From Dehalococcoidia bacterium (GTDB taxonomy: Bacteria > Chloroflexota > Dehalococcoidia > UBA2979), in the NCBI GenBank assembly GCA_965219085.1, contig OZ244720.1:160001-224000 (forward strand): 64,000 nucleotides of DNA. Reading direction: 5' to 3'. Positions within the stretch are counted from its first letter, which is position 1; the number at the start of each line of letters is the position of its first letter. Below are positions 7,955 to 18,921 of the stretch, piece after piece. Position numbers and translations under genes: made by a program. Below the pieces are notes generated by a model that was not told the origin of the DNA, made no database searches, and saw only the letters and a list, made by a program, of their open reading frames with translations.

Positions 7955-8296
7955 ATGAAGGCCGGAGCAATGCTACGCGAAGCCTATCAGGAGTACCTCG
8001 AAGGCAAGCGCTCGCTCGATGAGGTGCTCGAGCTCGCAGAGCGGATGCGGGAGTCCATCCACGCCAGCCTGCCTCGTACCCCCGAGCCGACCCCCGAGGA
8101 GATCGAGGCCGAGGAGGCGGAGTGGGCACGGATGCGGGCGCGGAGCCGCGCGGCGCCGCTGTGGAAAGCCTACCAGCGCTACCTTGACGGCGAGTGCTCA
8201 CTCGATGACGTGCTCGACCTCGCCGACCGGATGCGCGCCGAGCGGCTCCGCGCCGACGTTCCCGCCGGCGAGGAGACTCAGCGCGTCTCGAACTGA
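7955..8296 (+). CDS. Hypothetical protein with an internal two-fold helical repeat
   Basis: LREAYQEYLEGKRSLDEVLELAERMR and LWKAYQRYLDGECSLDDVLDLADRMR. GAGG RBS upstream. Confidence 0.7.
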   Translation: MKAGAMLREAYQEYLEGKRSLDEVLELAERMRESIHASLPRTPEPTPEEIEAEEAEWARMRARSRAAPLWKAYQRYLDGECSLDDVLDLADRMRAERLRADVPAGEETQRVSN

Positions 8297-8478
8297 AGCG
8301 CGGTGAGGTTCAGCCCGGGGGAGCGCTTCGAGAGGCCGAGCAACACGACACCGACTACTTCGTTGGACGCGTTGTAGTCCAGCACGACGCCCGGCGAGAC
8401 CTCCTCGGACTCGACGATGGTCGAGTCGTCGAGCCCCAGGTAGAGGGCGTCGGCCTTCTGGTCCACGCGCAGCTTCAC
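8278..8478 (-). CDS. DUF2283 domain protein
   Basis: VKLRVDQKADALYLGL...ESEEVSPGVVLDYNASNEVVGV is the typical DUF2283 pattern. Confidence 0.85.
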   Translation of the reverse strand: MKLRVDQKADALYLGLDDSTIVESEEVSPGVVLDYNASNEVVGVVLLGLSKRSPGLNLTALQFETR

Positions 8479-8494
8479 AGGGTGAGCCACGGCC

Positions 8495-8741
8495 CTATCC
8501 AAGCAGGCTGACGACCGCAGTTACCGCCGTCACGAGCGCAGCACTCGCGCCGAGGCTCCCGAGCACGATCCCGAACATCCACTTGATGAGACGAGCCTCG
8601 CTGCGCTCGAGCTCGGAGCGCAGGATGTCGCGTGTGACGAACGGGCTCAGCCTCGACGATGCCCTCCGCCTGTCGCTCAGTATGTCCCGCATCCCGCAAC
8701 CTGCGCACCGTGCCATGCGTGTCGAACGTATCCGAGGCCAT
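8495..8741 (-). pseudogene. Frameshifted DUF1640/CCDC90-like coiled-coil membrane-anchored protein
   Basis: FDTHGTVRRLRDAGHTERQAEGIVEA shifts near 8650 into LSPFVTRDILRSELERSEARLIKWMFGIV. Confidence 0.75.
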
Positions 8742-9077
8742 GACGCACTTGTCCCCTCAAACCATTGTGTGCCGCAGGTGGGAGCGGTTGGCCTGAGCGG
8801 CAGTCTACCTCAATACCCCCGCCGCACCTCGAACACCCGCCGGTTCCCCGCCAGGTCCCCGACGCATCTCCGCCTCCCGCCGCCCACCGCCGCCGTCACC
8901 CAGCCGCCGACGACGCCGGACTGGCCGCCTCGAACAGTGGCAGACCTTGCAGCAACGACCGACGCGGGAATTCCGCCTGACCAACTGCTCTCATTCCGCC
9001 CCGCCACACCGCCACATTGGGTACGCTGGATGTGTGGCTGATCGATATGCAGTCGCAACAACCGAGAGGAGCCGCAG

Positions 9078-10076
9078 ATGGCCATGACCACAGTGCTACC
9101 TCCAGATCGCGCCGACAGGCTCCGGCGCCTGTTACTCATCCTCGGCGGATTGGTCGGGCTGGCGACCGCAGCCTTTCTGCTGAGCAGCCAGCCCACGATC
9201 GACTTCCTGCGCGAGGGCCCCGCCCGCCTCCTGCCCTTCAAGGGCGACGCAGCACGCCTGGTGCTCGGCATCGGCGCGGGCATCGCGTCGATCGTCGGGG
9301 TGGCCGCGCTCTGGCGCGGCGTGACGATCACCTCACTGATCGTGGCGGCGATCGCGCTGGGCGCGGGGTTCTCGCTCGTCCACGTCGTGTTCACGCCGAC
9401 GCTCGGCCTCGTCGTGCTCGCCGTGGTCGTCGACCTCGCCGGCAGCGTCCAGCGCGCCCAACTGGCCGAGTTGGGACCGCGCCGGTACCCCGCTCGCTGG
9501 GCCGCGGGCGCGGTCGTGGGCGTGATCGGGCTGGTCGCGTTCGCCGCGATCTCGTGGTGGCTTGCCTCGCCCCTGTTCGACGAGGGCGAGCGCGTCGAGG
9601 AGGGCCTCGGCTTCCAGGTCGCCGGGATGCCTGCGACCGCGACCCCAACGCAGACGCCCGCCACCGCCGAGGCGAGCGACGACGCGACGGCCACACCCGC
9701 CGCGGCCACCACGACCCCGGACGCGGCGCAGTCCAGCGGCACCGGCGAGTTGATCGCGATGGGCGATCTCGAGGGCTCCGACTCGTTCCACACGGCGAGC
9801 GGTCAGGTGCTCCTCGTGCGCAGCCCGGAGGGCGACCTGGTTCTGCGCTTCCAGGACTTCGAGGTGCGCAACGGGCCGGACCTGTTCATCTACCTCACGC
9901 CCGACCCGGACGGTGATGTGCACGTCGACGGCGCCATCAACCTGAGTGAGATCAAGGCCACGAGCGGATCCGTCAACTACGAGGTGCCCGCGGACGTGGA
10001 CGTGGAGTCGTTCCGCTCCGCCGTCGTGTACTGCAAGGCGTTCTCGGTGATCTTCGCCACCGCCGACCTGCAGTAG
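9078..10076 (+). CDS. Membrane protein with a C-terminal DM13 domain
   Basis: Several hydrophobic segments, an Ala/Thr/Pro linker, then HTASG...LRFQDFEVRNGPDLFIYL...GSVNYEVP...VVYCKAFSVIFATADL. Confidence 0.85.
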   Translation: MAMTTVLPPDRADRLRRLLLILGGLVGLATAAFLLSSQPTIDFLREGPARLLPFKGDAARLVLGIGAGIASIVGVAALWRGVTITSLIVAAIALGAGFSLVHVVFTPTLGLVVLAVVVDLAGSVQRAQLAELGPRRYPARWAAGAVVGVIGLVAFAAISWWLASPLFDEGERVEEGLGFQVAGMPATATPTQTPATAEASDDATATPAAATTTPDAAQSSGTGELIAMGDLEGSDSFHTASGQVLLVRSPEGDLVLRFQDFEVRNGPDLFIYLTPDPDGDVHVDGAINLSEIKATSGSVNYEVPADVDVESFRSAVVYCKAFSVIFATADLQ

Positions 10077-10099
10077 CGGCAACAGTACAGCCGCAGCAC

Positions 10100-10130
10100 C
10101 ATCGAGGCGGGCCCCAGGCCCGCCTCGATG
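10100..10130. terminator. Perfect 14-bp hairpin between convergent genes
   Basis: CATCGAGGCGGGCC-CCA-GGCCCGCCTCGATG; no U-tract. Confidence 0.6.
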
Positions 10131-10153
10131 CGTGTGTGCCGGGGTGGTCGGGG

Positions 10154-10570
10154 TTACTCGCTCTTCGTCTCCGAGCGCTCGGCGAGCCTGCGGCCGCGCG
10201 ACTTGGAGCCCCTGGCGCGCTCGCGCACCTCGAGGGGCGGCGGGGCGCCGGCCGCGATCTCCTCGGGCGTGAGCTGCGTGCTCGCACGCCGCACTTTGTC
10301 CTCCTTGACGAGGAACGGCTCGATCTTCTTGAGGTCGCTGCTCGTCATGGGCTTCGTCGACTGGCCCTTGGTGGTCCAGAACAGGCCCTGGTCGGGGATA
10401 CGGCGCGGCATGCCGCCTCGTATTGTGAAGGCGTGGACCTGCGTCGGCATGAGGCGCTCGCCGTCGCCGTCGCAGACGGGACAGGGTTGCGAGTCCGAGG
10501 ACCGGCTGACCGGCCGGATCAACTCGAAGATGCCGTCGCAGGGTTCGCAGTAGTACTCGTACAGCGGCAT
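10154..10570 (-). CDS. FmdB-family zinc-ribbon protein
   Basis: MPLYEYYCEPCDGIFE...CPVCDG. Confidence 0.85.
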   Translation of the reverse strand: MPLYEYYCEPCDGIFELIRPVSRSSDSQPCPVCDGDGERLMPTQVHAFTIRGGMPRRIPDQGLFWTTKGQSTKPMTSSDLKKIEPFLVKEDKVRRASTQLTPEEIAAGAPPPLEVRERARGSKSRGRRLAERSETKSE

Positions 10571-10600
10571 GGTGCCTCAGCTCCCCATATGCCCCGAAGC

Positions 10601-11446
10601 CTAGAGTGACTGTCGCTGAGTATACGTTACGTCGTCGGCAAGAGATTCCACTGCGTCCGCCGCCTCCCCGGTCTCGTCCGGGCGGGTGTGTCGCACCGCG
10701 GCGAGGAAGCGCGCGCTGCCGAGGTCGCGCTCGGCCATGGCGCGCACGAGGTCGTGCATGACGCCCTCCATGCCGGCGGCGACGCGCTGGTTGAGCCGCA
10801 CGCGTGCGGCCTCCTCGTACGGCGCGTCCTGGATCAGCCGCAGCACCTTCACGACCAACACGTCGATCGGCTCCGCCTCGGGGTGCGACTCGCGGCAGCG
10901 CTCGCAGAGCAGCCCGCCAGCCAGCGGCGACCACACAAGGCGGTCCGCGGTCACGTCGCTGCGACACGCGGCGCAGCGCTGCCACTCGGGGCGGAACCCC
11001 GTCGCTTCGAGCAGCGCGAGCTCGAAGCTGCGCACGAGCAGTTGCTGGCCGTCGCCGCGCAGCAGGCGCAGCAGCGCGGTCAGGAGCAGCACGTACGCGG
11101 CGTCCGCCTCGGCCTCCTCGACGGTGAAGCGGTCGGCGAGTTCGAGCAGATAGAGCCCGGCGCTGAGCCGTTCGAGGTCGTCGCGCAGCGCCGCGAACGG
11201 CTCGATCGTCTGCGCCTGCGTCACGATCCCGAGCGTGCGCCCGTGCGCCAGCACCACCTCGACGTGCGTCATCGGCTCGAGGTGGCCCCCGAGCTTGCTG
11301 CGCGGCCGCAGCGCGCCCTTCGCCACCGCTTCCAGTTTGCCGCGCGCGGGGGTGAGCAGCGTGACGATGCGGTCCGAGTCGCCGAAGCGGCGGCGCTTCA
11401 GCACGACCGCCTCGGTCTTGGTTACGCGCGGGACGCGGGCGGGCAT
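10601..11446 (-). CDS. recO: DNA repair protein RecO
   Basis: EAVVLKRRRFGDSDRIVTLLT...GKLEAVAKGA, zinc finger CAAC/CERC. Confidence 0.95.
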   Translation of the reverse strand: MPARVPRVTKTEAVVLKRRRFGDSDRIVTLLTPARGKLEAVAKGALRPRSKLGGHLEPMTHVEVVLAHGRTLGIVTQAQTIEPFAALRDDLERLSAGLYLLELADRFTVEEAEADAAYVLLLTALLRLLRGDGQQLLVRSFELALLEATGFRPEWQRCAACRSDVTADRLVWSPLAGGLLCERCRESHPEAEPIDVLVVKVLRLIQDAPYEEAARVRLNQRVAAGMEGVMHDLVRAMAERDLGSARFLAAVRHTRPDETGEAADAVESLADDVTYTQRQSL

Positions 11447-11451
11447 CGTGT

Positions 11452-12081
11452 CTACTCGACCGACTGCCGGAAGGTGAGCGCCCGTTCGAGCGTGACGTTG
11501 TCGACGTACTCGAGGTCGGCGCCGGCGGGCAGCCCCCGCGCGAGCCGCGTCACGCGCAACCCCAGCGGCTCCAGCAACCGCGCGAGGTACATCGCCGTCG
11601 CCTCGCCCTCGAGGTTCGGGTTGGTGGCGACGATCACCTCCGACACGGTATCCGTGTCATCGCCGCCCTCGGCGCCCAGGCGGGCGAGCAACTCGGAGAT
11701 CTTGAGATCCTCGGGCCCCACGCCGTCGGCGGGTGAGATGACGCCGTGCAGCACGTGGTACAGGCCGTGGTAGCCGTTCGTGCGCTCGATGGCGACGAGG
11801 TCGAGCGGCTCCTCGACGACGCAGATCATGGTGGGGTCGCGCTGGGAGTCGTCGCAGATCGCGCACGGGTCGGTGTCGCTGATCTGCTGGCAGGACGCGC
11901 ACAGCACGGCGCGCTGTTTCACGTCGAGCAGCGCCTCGGCGAGGGCGCGCGCCTCCGCCTCGGGCGCGCGCAGCACGTGGTAGGCGAGGCGTTGCGCCGA
12001 CTTCGGCCCGATGCCCGGCAGGCGGTGAAACGACTCGACGAGGCGAGTGATGGCCGAAGAGCCGTGCGGCGACTCGTTCAC
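11452..12081 (-). CDS. recR: Recombination protein RecR
   Basis: LPGIGPKSAQRLA, CASC/CAIC, CVVEEP, YHVLHG, ATNPNLEGEATA. Confidence 0.97.
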   Translation of the reverse strand: MNESPHGSSAITRLVESFHRLPGIGPKSAQRLAYHVLRAPEAEARALAEALLDVKQRAVLCASCQQISDTDPCAICDDSQRDPTMICVVEEPLDLVAIERTNGYHGLYHVLHGVISPADGVGPEDLKISELLARLGAEGGDDTDTVSEVIVATNPNLEGEATAMYLARLLEPLGLRVTRLARGLPAGADLEYVDNVTLERALTFRQSVE

Positions 12082-12117
12082 GGGACCGATCCCCGAGGGT
12101 GGGCGGCGCGCAGCGGT

Positions 12118-13899
<1,782 letters not shown>

Positions 13900-14015
13900 G
13901 GATACCCCAGGACCCGTCGGAGGAGCGCGACGGGGCCGCATGGCGCAGTGTACCAGCGGCGCGATGCGCCCGCCCCCGCCGGGGGCGTTCACGGGCCGCC
14001 GAAACGGGTGGGAGG

Positions 14016-14306
14016 TTACATGGAAGCGAGAATGGCGGTCGAGATCGCCATCGCTGCGAGGATGAGCGCGGTCGCGGTCGCGATCATGGCCCCTACCCGA
14101 ACGTTCACGTAGTGCTTCAACCGCTCCTCAAGGCGCTCCATCTGCTCTTCGAAGCGTTCTTCGAGGCGATCCAGGTCTTCCTTTGTTGCGACGCGCGGAG
14201 CCATATCGTCAGCGAACGCACCGACGATGGCCTCCGCTTGCCGCTCGTTGAAGCCGCCCTCGTCGCGGAGGCGCTGAGATGCCCTCAATGTGTCAAACAT
14301 CGCCAT
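14016..14306 (-). CDS. DUF1640/CCDC90-like protein, copy 1
   Basis: FDTLRASQRLRDEGGFNERQAEAIV...ATKEDL, coiled coil, C-terminal hydrophobic anchor. Confidence 0.8.
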   Translation of the reverse strand: MAMFDTLRASQRLRDEGGFNERQAEAIVGAFADDMAPRVATKEDLDRLEERFEEQMERLEERLKHYVNVRVGAMIATATALILAAMAISTAILASM

Positions 14307-14312
14307 GCCCCG

Positions 14313-14341
14313 ATGCTAGTGAACGGCGTCACAATTTGCAA
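14313..14341 (-). promoter_or_regulatory. Sigma70 promoter with an internal TGTGA-N6-TCACT box (leaderless transcript)
   Basis: Minus strand TTGCAA-17-TAGCAT, 6 nt before ATG. Copy 2 has TTGCAG-17-TAGCAT with the same box arms. Confidence 0.6.
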
Positions 14342-14487
14342 TCAGCGAACGTGATCTTCCTGGCCGTGGCCGCCCGCGGCGTGGATGCCGGGGCCGAGCA
14401 TGGCTTCCTCGCGCTCGCCCATCACGAGGGCGTCCGAGGCGTCCTCGTGGTCGTAGGGCTCCGCAGACGGCCGAGGAGAGGGGGAGG

Positions 14488-14745
14488 CTAGCTGGAAGCG
14501 AGAATGGCGGTCGAGATAGCCATGGCCGCGAGGATGAGCGCGGTCGCTGCCGCGATCATGGCCCCTACCCGAACGTTCACGTGGTGCTTCAGACGCTCCT
14601 CGAGGTGATCGAGGTCTTCCTTCGTAGCAAGGCGCAGAGCCATGTCCTCAGCGAACGCGCCGGCAATTGCCTGCGCCTGCCGCTCGTTGAAGCCGCCCTC
14701 GTCGCGCAGGCGCTGGGATGCCCTCAATGTGTCAAACATCGCCAT
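14488..14745 (-). CDS. DUF1640/CCDC90-like protein, copy 2
   Basis: Near-identical to copy 1 but 11 aa shorter in the coiled coil. Confidence 0.8.
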   Translation of the reverse strand: MAMFDTLRASQRLRDEGGFNERQAQAIAGAFAEDMALRLATKEDLDHLEERLKHHVNVRVGAMIAAATALILAAMAISTAILASS

Positions 14746-14781
14746 GCCCCGATGCTAGTGAACGATGTCACAATCTGCAAA

Positions 14782-15270
14782 TCAGCGAACGTGATCTTCC
14801 TGGCCGTGGCCGCCCGCGGCGTGGATGCCGGGGCCGAGCATGGCTTCCTCGCGCTCGCCCATCACGAGGGCGTCCGAGGCGTCCTCGTGGTCGTAGCCGA
14901 GGAGGTGGAGCAGCGCGTGCAGCACCACGTGACGGAGCTCCTCGTCGAACGTCAGCCCGGCGTCGGCCGCCTGTCGCCGCACGATCCCGACCGAGACTGC
15001 GATGTCGCCGAGGTACGGCAGCTCCTCGTCGTCGCCGATGGGGAACACGTCGCCGGCGGCGGCGGGGAACGCGAGCACGTCGGTCAGCATATCGAGGCCG
15101 CGGTGCTCGCGGTTGAGGCGGAACAGCATCTCGTCGCCGGCGAGCAGCAGCGACACCGCGGCGTCCTCGACGCCGTCGGCTACGAGCGCTTGCTCGACGA
15201 AGGTGACGAGGGGGTCGGGGTCGACGGTGCGCGCGATGCCGTCGAGCTCGATCGAGATCTCGTAGGTCAT
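14782..15270 (-). CDS. ybeY: rRNA maturation RNase YbeY
   Basis: LNREHRGLDMLTDVLAFP, YLGDIAVS, HALLHLLGYDH. Confidence 0.95.
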   Translation of the reverse strand: MTYEISIELDGIARTVDPDPLVTFVEQALVADGVEDAAVSLLLAGDEMLFRLNREHRGLDMLTDVLAFPAAAGDVFPIGDDEELPYLGDIAVSVGIVRRQAADAGLTFDEELRHVVLHALLHLLGYDHEDASDALVMGEREEAMLGPGIHAAGGHGQEDHVR

Positions 15271-15478
15271 GGAGTGAAGGTACGCGATGATCAAGGCAGG
15301 GGCAGCAGCACCAGATCCAGTGCGAGCCTCCGTGATTCATAACGTGATTTGATTATTGCTACTATGGGTTCGATACTTCCACCGCGAGTGAGCGCTTCGG
15401 CTTCATGGGTGCCCTGCGCGCCAGCATCGAGGCGGCAGCCGCGAACCACGAGGCCGCCGAGCGCGAGGTGGTGCCAAC

Positions 15479-15841
15479 GTGACCCCAATTTATCGCTGGC
15501 TGGGCGTCATTGCGGTCGTAGCCGGTACCGTAATCTACTTCGCCACCGGCGGCGGAGACGGTCCGATAAGCTTCCTCGCCCGGGAATTGCTAGGCGTGAC
15601 CGAGCCAACCCCGACGCCAGCCGATGTGGTCGGTGCCAAGATTGGGATCGCGTTCACTGAGATCGAAGCCTGCGACTTCATGACCGGGGTCATGACAGCG
15701 GCCCTAGATCGCCATGGGGGCGACGTGGATCGCGCCTTCGGGTCCGTCGTGGCGACCTTCGCGCTAGACGGGGTCACCAGACCCGAACTGCTCGCAGTGA
15801 TGAACCGCTGCATCGAGTTGGGGGAGTGGGTTCTACCATAA
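15479..15841 (+). CDS. Hypothetical protein with an N-terminal membrane anchor
   Basis: GTG start with GAGGTG RBS, hydrophobic N-terminus, PTPTP linker. Confidence 0.6.
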   Translation: MTPIYRWLGVIAVVAGTVIYFATGGGDGPISFLARELLGVTEPTPTPADVVGAKIGIAFTEIEACDFMTGVMTAALDRHGGDVDRAFGSVVATFALDGVTRPELLAVMNRCIELGEWVLP

Positions 15842-15979
15842 CCTCGATCATTGAGCCTATCGAGGAGGTCAGTCCGGCGCGATCGCCCCCGGCGATGATA
15901 ACCGAGGCATTCGACTGACCTAGCACGGGACCGGTGAGCCCGCGGCGCGAGGTGTGGCGAGGAGCCTCTGTTGCGAGGG

Positions 15980-17443
15980 CTACAGCAGGTTCTCGGCTGC
16001 CCGCTGCGCCGCCTGTAGCAGCGGCGCCGGCCACAGGCCGAAGAACAGCACGCCGAGGGCGGCGAGGCCGAGCAGGCCCTGCACCGGCGTCGACGCGCGG
16101 AACGGCGTCTCGTCCACGGGCTCGTCGAGCACCATCGTGCGCGCCCACCGCAGGTAGTAGAAGGCCGACACCGCCGAGTTGAGCACCGCGACCGCGACGA
16201 GCACGACCATCCAGTCGAGGCCCGTCTGCACCGCGCTGTTGAACACGTACAGCTTCGCGAAGAACCCCGCCGTCGGGGGGATGCCGGTCAGCGAGAGCAA
16301 GCACAGCAGCAACACCACCGCCACCGCGGGCGAGCGCCGCAGCAGTCCCGCGTAGTCGGCGAGCCGCTCGGAGCCGATGCGCTCCGAGACCACGATCACG
16401 CACAAGAACGCGCCGAGGTTCGTCGCCGCGTAGGTGGCGAGGAAGAACAGCACCGCCGACGGCCCCGCCGCACCGCTCGCAGCAACCGCCGCGAGCCCGA
16501 CCGCGACGTTGCCGGCCTGGGCGATCGAGGAGTAGGCGAGCAGCCGCTTCACGTTCGTCTGGAGGATCGCGGCGGCATTCCCGAACGTCATCGACACGCC
16601 GGCGAGGACGGCGAAGAGGGCCGCCCAGTGATCGGCGATGAACGTCCCGTCGCCGCCGAGGCCCGTGTAGAAGAGGCGCAGCGCGATCGCGAACCCCGCG
16701 GCCTTCGAGGCCACCGACAGGAAGCTCGTGACCGTCGTCGGCGCGCCCTCGTAGACGTCGGGGACCCACGCCTGGAATGGCGCGATCGACATCTTGAAGC
16801 CGAGCCCGGCCGCCACGAGGACGAAGCCGAAGATCAGCGCGAGTTCGGTGCCCTGCGAGCCCGCGGCGACGAAGGTGGCGATGCCGGCCAGCGAGGTGGT
16901 CCCGGACAGTCCGAACAGGAACGCGAACCCGTAGAGCAGCACGGCCGCCGCCACGGCCCCGGCGAGCAGGTACTTCAGCCCCGCCTCCGACGACCGGTCA
17001 TCGCGGGCGATCCCGGCGAGCACGAACTGCGAGATGGAGGTGGTCTCCAGGAACACGAAGATCGCGATCAGGTCCTGCGCCTGCGCCAGCAGCACCATCG
17101 AGCCCGCCGAGGTGAGCAGGAGGGCGAAGAACTCGGGGCGCGGCTCGACGCGCGAGAGCCCCTCGGCGGTCGCGATCACGACCGCGGCGGTGACGCCGAT
17201 CAGCAGGAATGTGAAGAACAGTGCGAACTCGTCGACCACGACCGCGCCGGCGACGGCCGGCCCGCTCGTCCCCGTGATGACCTGCAAGATCGCCCACAGG
17301 AAGCCCGCGAGGAGGGAGAGCAGCGTCAGCGTCAGGACGGGCGCGCGCCCTGGCCGGATCAGGTCGGCGCCCATGACCACGCCCGCGCCGAGCAGCAGCG
17401 CGAACGCCGGGCCGATGTAGTGGATCTGGTCGAACCAGTTCAT
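15980..17443 (-). CDS. nuoN: NADH-quinone oxidoreductase subunit N
   Basis: SSEAGLKY, GFKMSIAPFQAWVPDVYEGAP, KRLLAYSSI, GIPPTAGFFAK. Confidence 0.95.
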   Translation of the reverse strand: MNWFDQIHYIGPAFALLLGAGVVMGADLIRPGRAPVLTLTLLSLLAGFLWAILQVITGTSGPAVAGAVVVDEFALFFTFLLIGVTAAVVIATAEGLSRVEPRPEFFALLLTSAGSMVLLAQAQDLIAIFVFLETTSISQFVLAGIARDDRSSEAGLKYLLAGAVAAAVLLYGFAFLFGLSGTTSLAGIATFVAAGSQGTELALIFGFVLVAAGLGFKMSIAPFQAWVPDVYEGAPTTVTSFLSVASKAAGFAIALRLFYTGLGGDGTFIADHWAALFAVLAGVSMTFGNAAAILQTNVKRLLAYSSIAQAGNVAVGLAAVAASGAAGPSAVLFFLATYAATNLGAFLCVIVVSERIGSERLADYAGLLRRSPAVAVVLLLCLLSLTGIPPTAGFFAKLYVFNSAVQTGLDWMVVLVAVAVLNSAVSAFYYLRWARTMVLDEPVDETPFRASTPVQGLLGLAALGVLFFGLWPAPLLQAAQRAAENLL

Positions 17444-18921
17444 ACGGCCGCCTGTACCAGCAGCGCGACGATGGGCTCGACGCCGCTCTCAACCACATCG
17501 GTGAGCAGTCGCGGGTAGACGCCGACGCCGACGATGAAGATGAGCATGGCGGCCATCGCCGCGTACTCCCACCACTGGTCCGCGTCGGTGAGCCCGGTCC
17601 AGCGCTCGTCGGGCGGCCCCATGAAGACCCGCTGGACGGCCCAGAGGATGTAGCCCGCGGCGAGCACGACCCCGAAGACCGCGAGGATCGTCGCGGCCGG
17701 GTGCACCTGCAGCGTGCCCGCAAACACGGTGAACTCGGCGACGAACCCGCTCAGCGCCGGCAGCCCGAGCGACGCGAGGCCAGCGACGATCATGACCACG
17801 CCGAGGATCGGCATGCGGTGCAGCAGTCCGCTCATGTCGGCGATCTGCCGCGTGTGCGTACGGTCGTAGATGAGCCCGACGACGATGAAGAGCAGGCCGG
17901 TGATCGTGCCGTGCGTGAACATCTGGAGCGCCGCGCCCGACAGTCCGACGGCCCCCAGCGCCGAGACGCCGAGCAGCACGTACCCCATGTGCGACACAGA
18001 CGAGTACGCCACGAGTCGCTTCAGGTCCTTCTGCTGGAGCGTGAGGATCGCGCCCCAGATCACGGACGCGACCGCGATGATGGCGAGGATGACACCGAAG
18101 TCGCGCGCCTGCTCCGGCATGATCGGCAGCGCGATGCGCAGGATGCCGTAGCCGCCCATCTTCAGCAGCACGCCGGCCAGCATCACCGACACCGCCGTCG
18201 GCGCGTCGGTGTGGGCGTCGGGCAGCCAGGTGTGCAGTGGGACGACCGGCAACTTCACGAGGAACGCCGCCATGACCAGCCAGAACACGATCGAGAGCGG
18301 GATCACGGCATCCGCCGGCCGGCCCGCCTCGGTGGCGAGCACGGCGATGTCGAACGTCCCGGCCGTGAGCCCGAGCACGAGGAAGCCGACGAGCATGAAC
18401 GCCGAGCCGCCCATGGTGAAGAGCAGGAACTTCATCGCGCTGTAGCGCGGCCGTCCCGATCCCCAGACCGAGATGAGCATGTACATCGGGAGCAACTCGA
18501 GTTCCCAGAAAAAGAAGAACTGGATGAGGTCGAGCGAGAGGAAGACGCCGGCCACGGCCGTCTCGAGCACGAGCAGCCACGCGAAGTACTGCTTGCGCCG
18601 CAGCTCGATGTTCCACGACACGAGCACGGCGGCCAGCGAGAGCAGGCCGGTGAGCAGCACCAGCGGCGCCGACAGCCCATCGACGCCGAGCGCGTACTGC
18701 ACCGTGAACCCGGTGTCGGCCCCCTGGATCCACTCGAAGCGGTCGACGAACTGGTAGCCCGGGTTGTCCGGGTCGAAGCGAATGAAGATCGCGATCGAGA
18801 GGATGAACGTCAGGGCGCTGTAGAACAGCGCGACCCAGCGTGCGTCGCCCTCGCGCTCACGCGGGAGCGTCAGCAGCGTGAGGGCTCCGACGAGCGGCAG
18901 CAGCAGGAACACCGACAGCAT
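17440..18921 (-). CDS. nuoM: NADH-quinone oxidoreductase subunit M
   Basis: GVDGLS, FFWELEL, PLHTWLPDAHTDAP, LLKMGGYG, DLKRLVAYSSVSHMG. Confidence 0.96.
   Translation of the reverse strand: MLSVFLLLPLVGALTLLTLPREREGDARWVALFYSALTFILSIAIFIRFDPDNPGYQFVDRFEWIQGADTGFTVQYALGVDGLSAPLVLLTGLLSLAAVLVSWNIELRRKQYFAWLLVLETAVAGVFLSLDLIQFFFFWELELLPMYMLISVWGSGRPRYSAMKFLLFTMGGSAFMLVGFLVLGLTAGTFDIAVLATEAGRPADAVIPLSIVFWLVMAAFLVKLPVVPLHTWLPDAHTDAPTAVSVMLAGVLLKMGGYGILRIALPIMPEQARDFGVILAIIAVASVIWGAILTLQQKDLKRLVAYSSVSHMGYVLLGVSALGAVGLSGAALQMFTHGTITGLLFIVVGLIYDRTHTRQIADMSGLLHRMPILGVVMIVAGLASLGLPALSGFVAEFTVFAGTLQVHPAATILAVFGVVLAAGYILWAVQRVFMGPPDERWTGLTDADQWWEYAAMAAMLIFIVGVGVYPRLLTDVVESGVEPIVALLVQAAV

Larger units (their letters stand above)
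6213..7958 (+). pseudogene. Small hypothetical gene interrupted by IS110
   Basis: Joining 6285 to 7783 restores one frame, MYAVEHPGTDLRYERGLVNLAGDL-FVDGLANAGDEPLMLRS...WYWAIWHERDVVLSLRKRYRR*. Its TGA overlaps ATG 7955. True start uncertain. Confidence 0.7.
14010..14896. repeat. Imperfect tandem duplication including an identical 116-bp copy of the ybeY 3' end
   Basis: 14341-14456 is identical to 14781-14896 (offset 440). The adjoining promoters and small genes are similar but diverged. Confidence 0.92.

Noticed and set aside
8810-8900. Minus-strand fragment VGDLAGNRRVFEVRR reminiscent of a PrmC C-terminus
   Set aside because: Too short to support, with no upstream methyltransferase motifs.
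15366-15385. GGTTCGA as a tRNA T-loop or att remnant
   Set aside because: No T-stem pairing, acceptor stem or CCA end.
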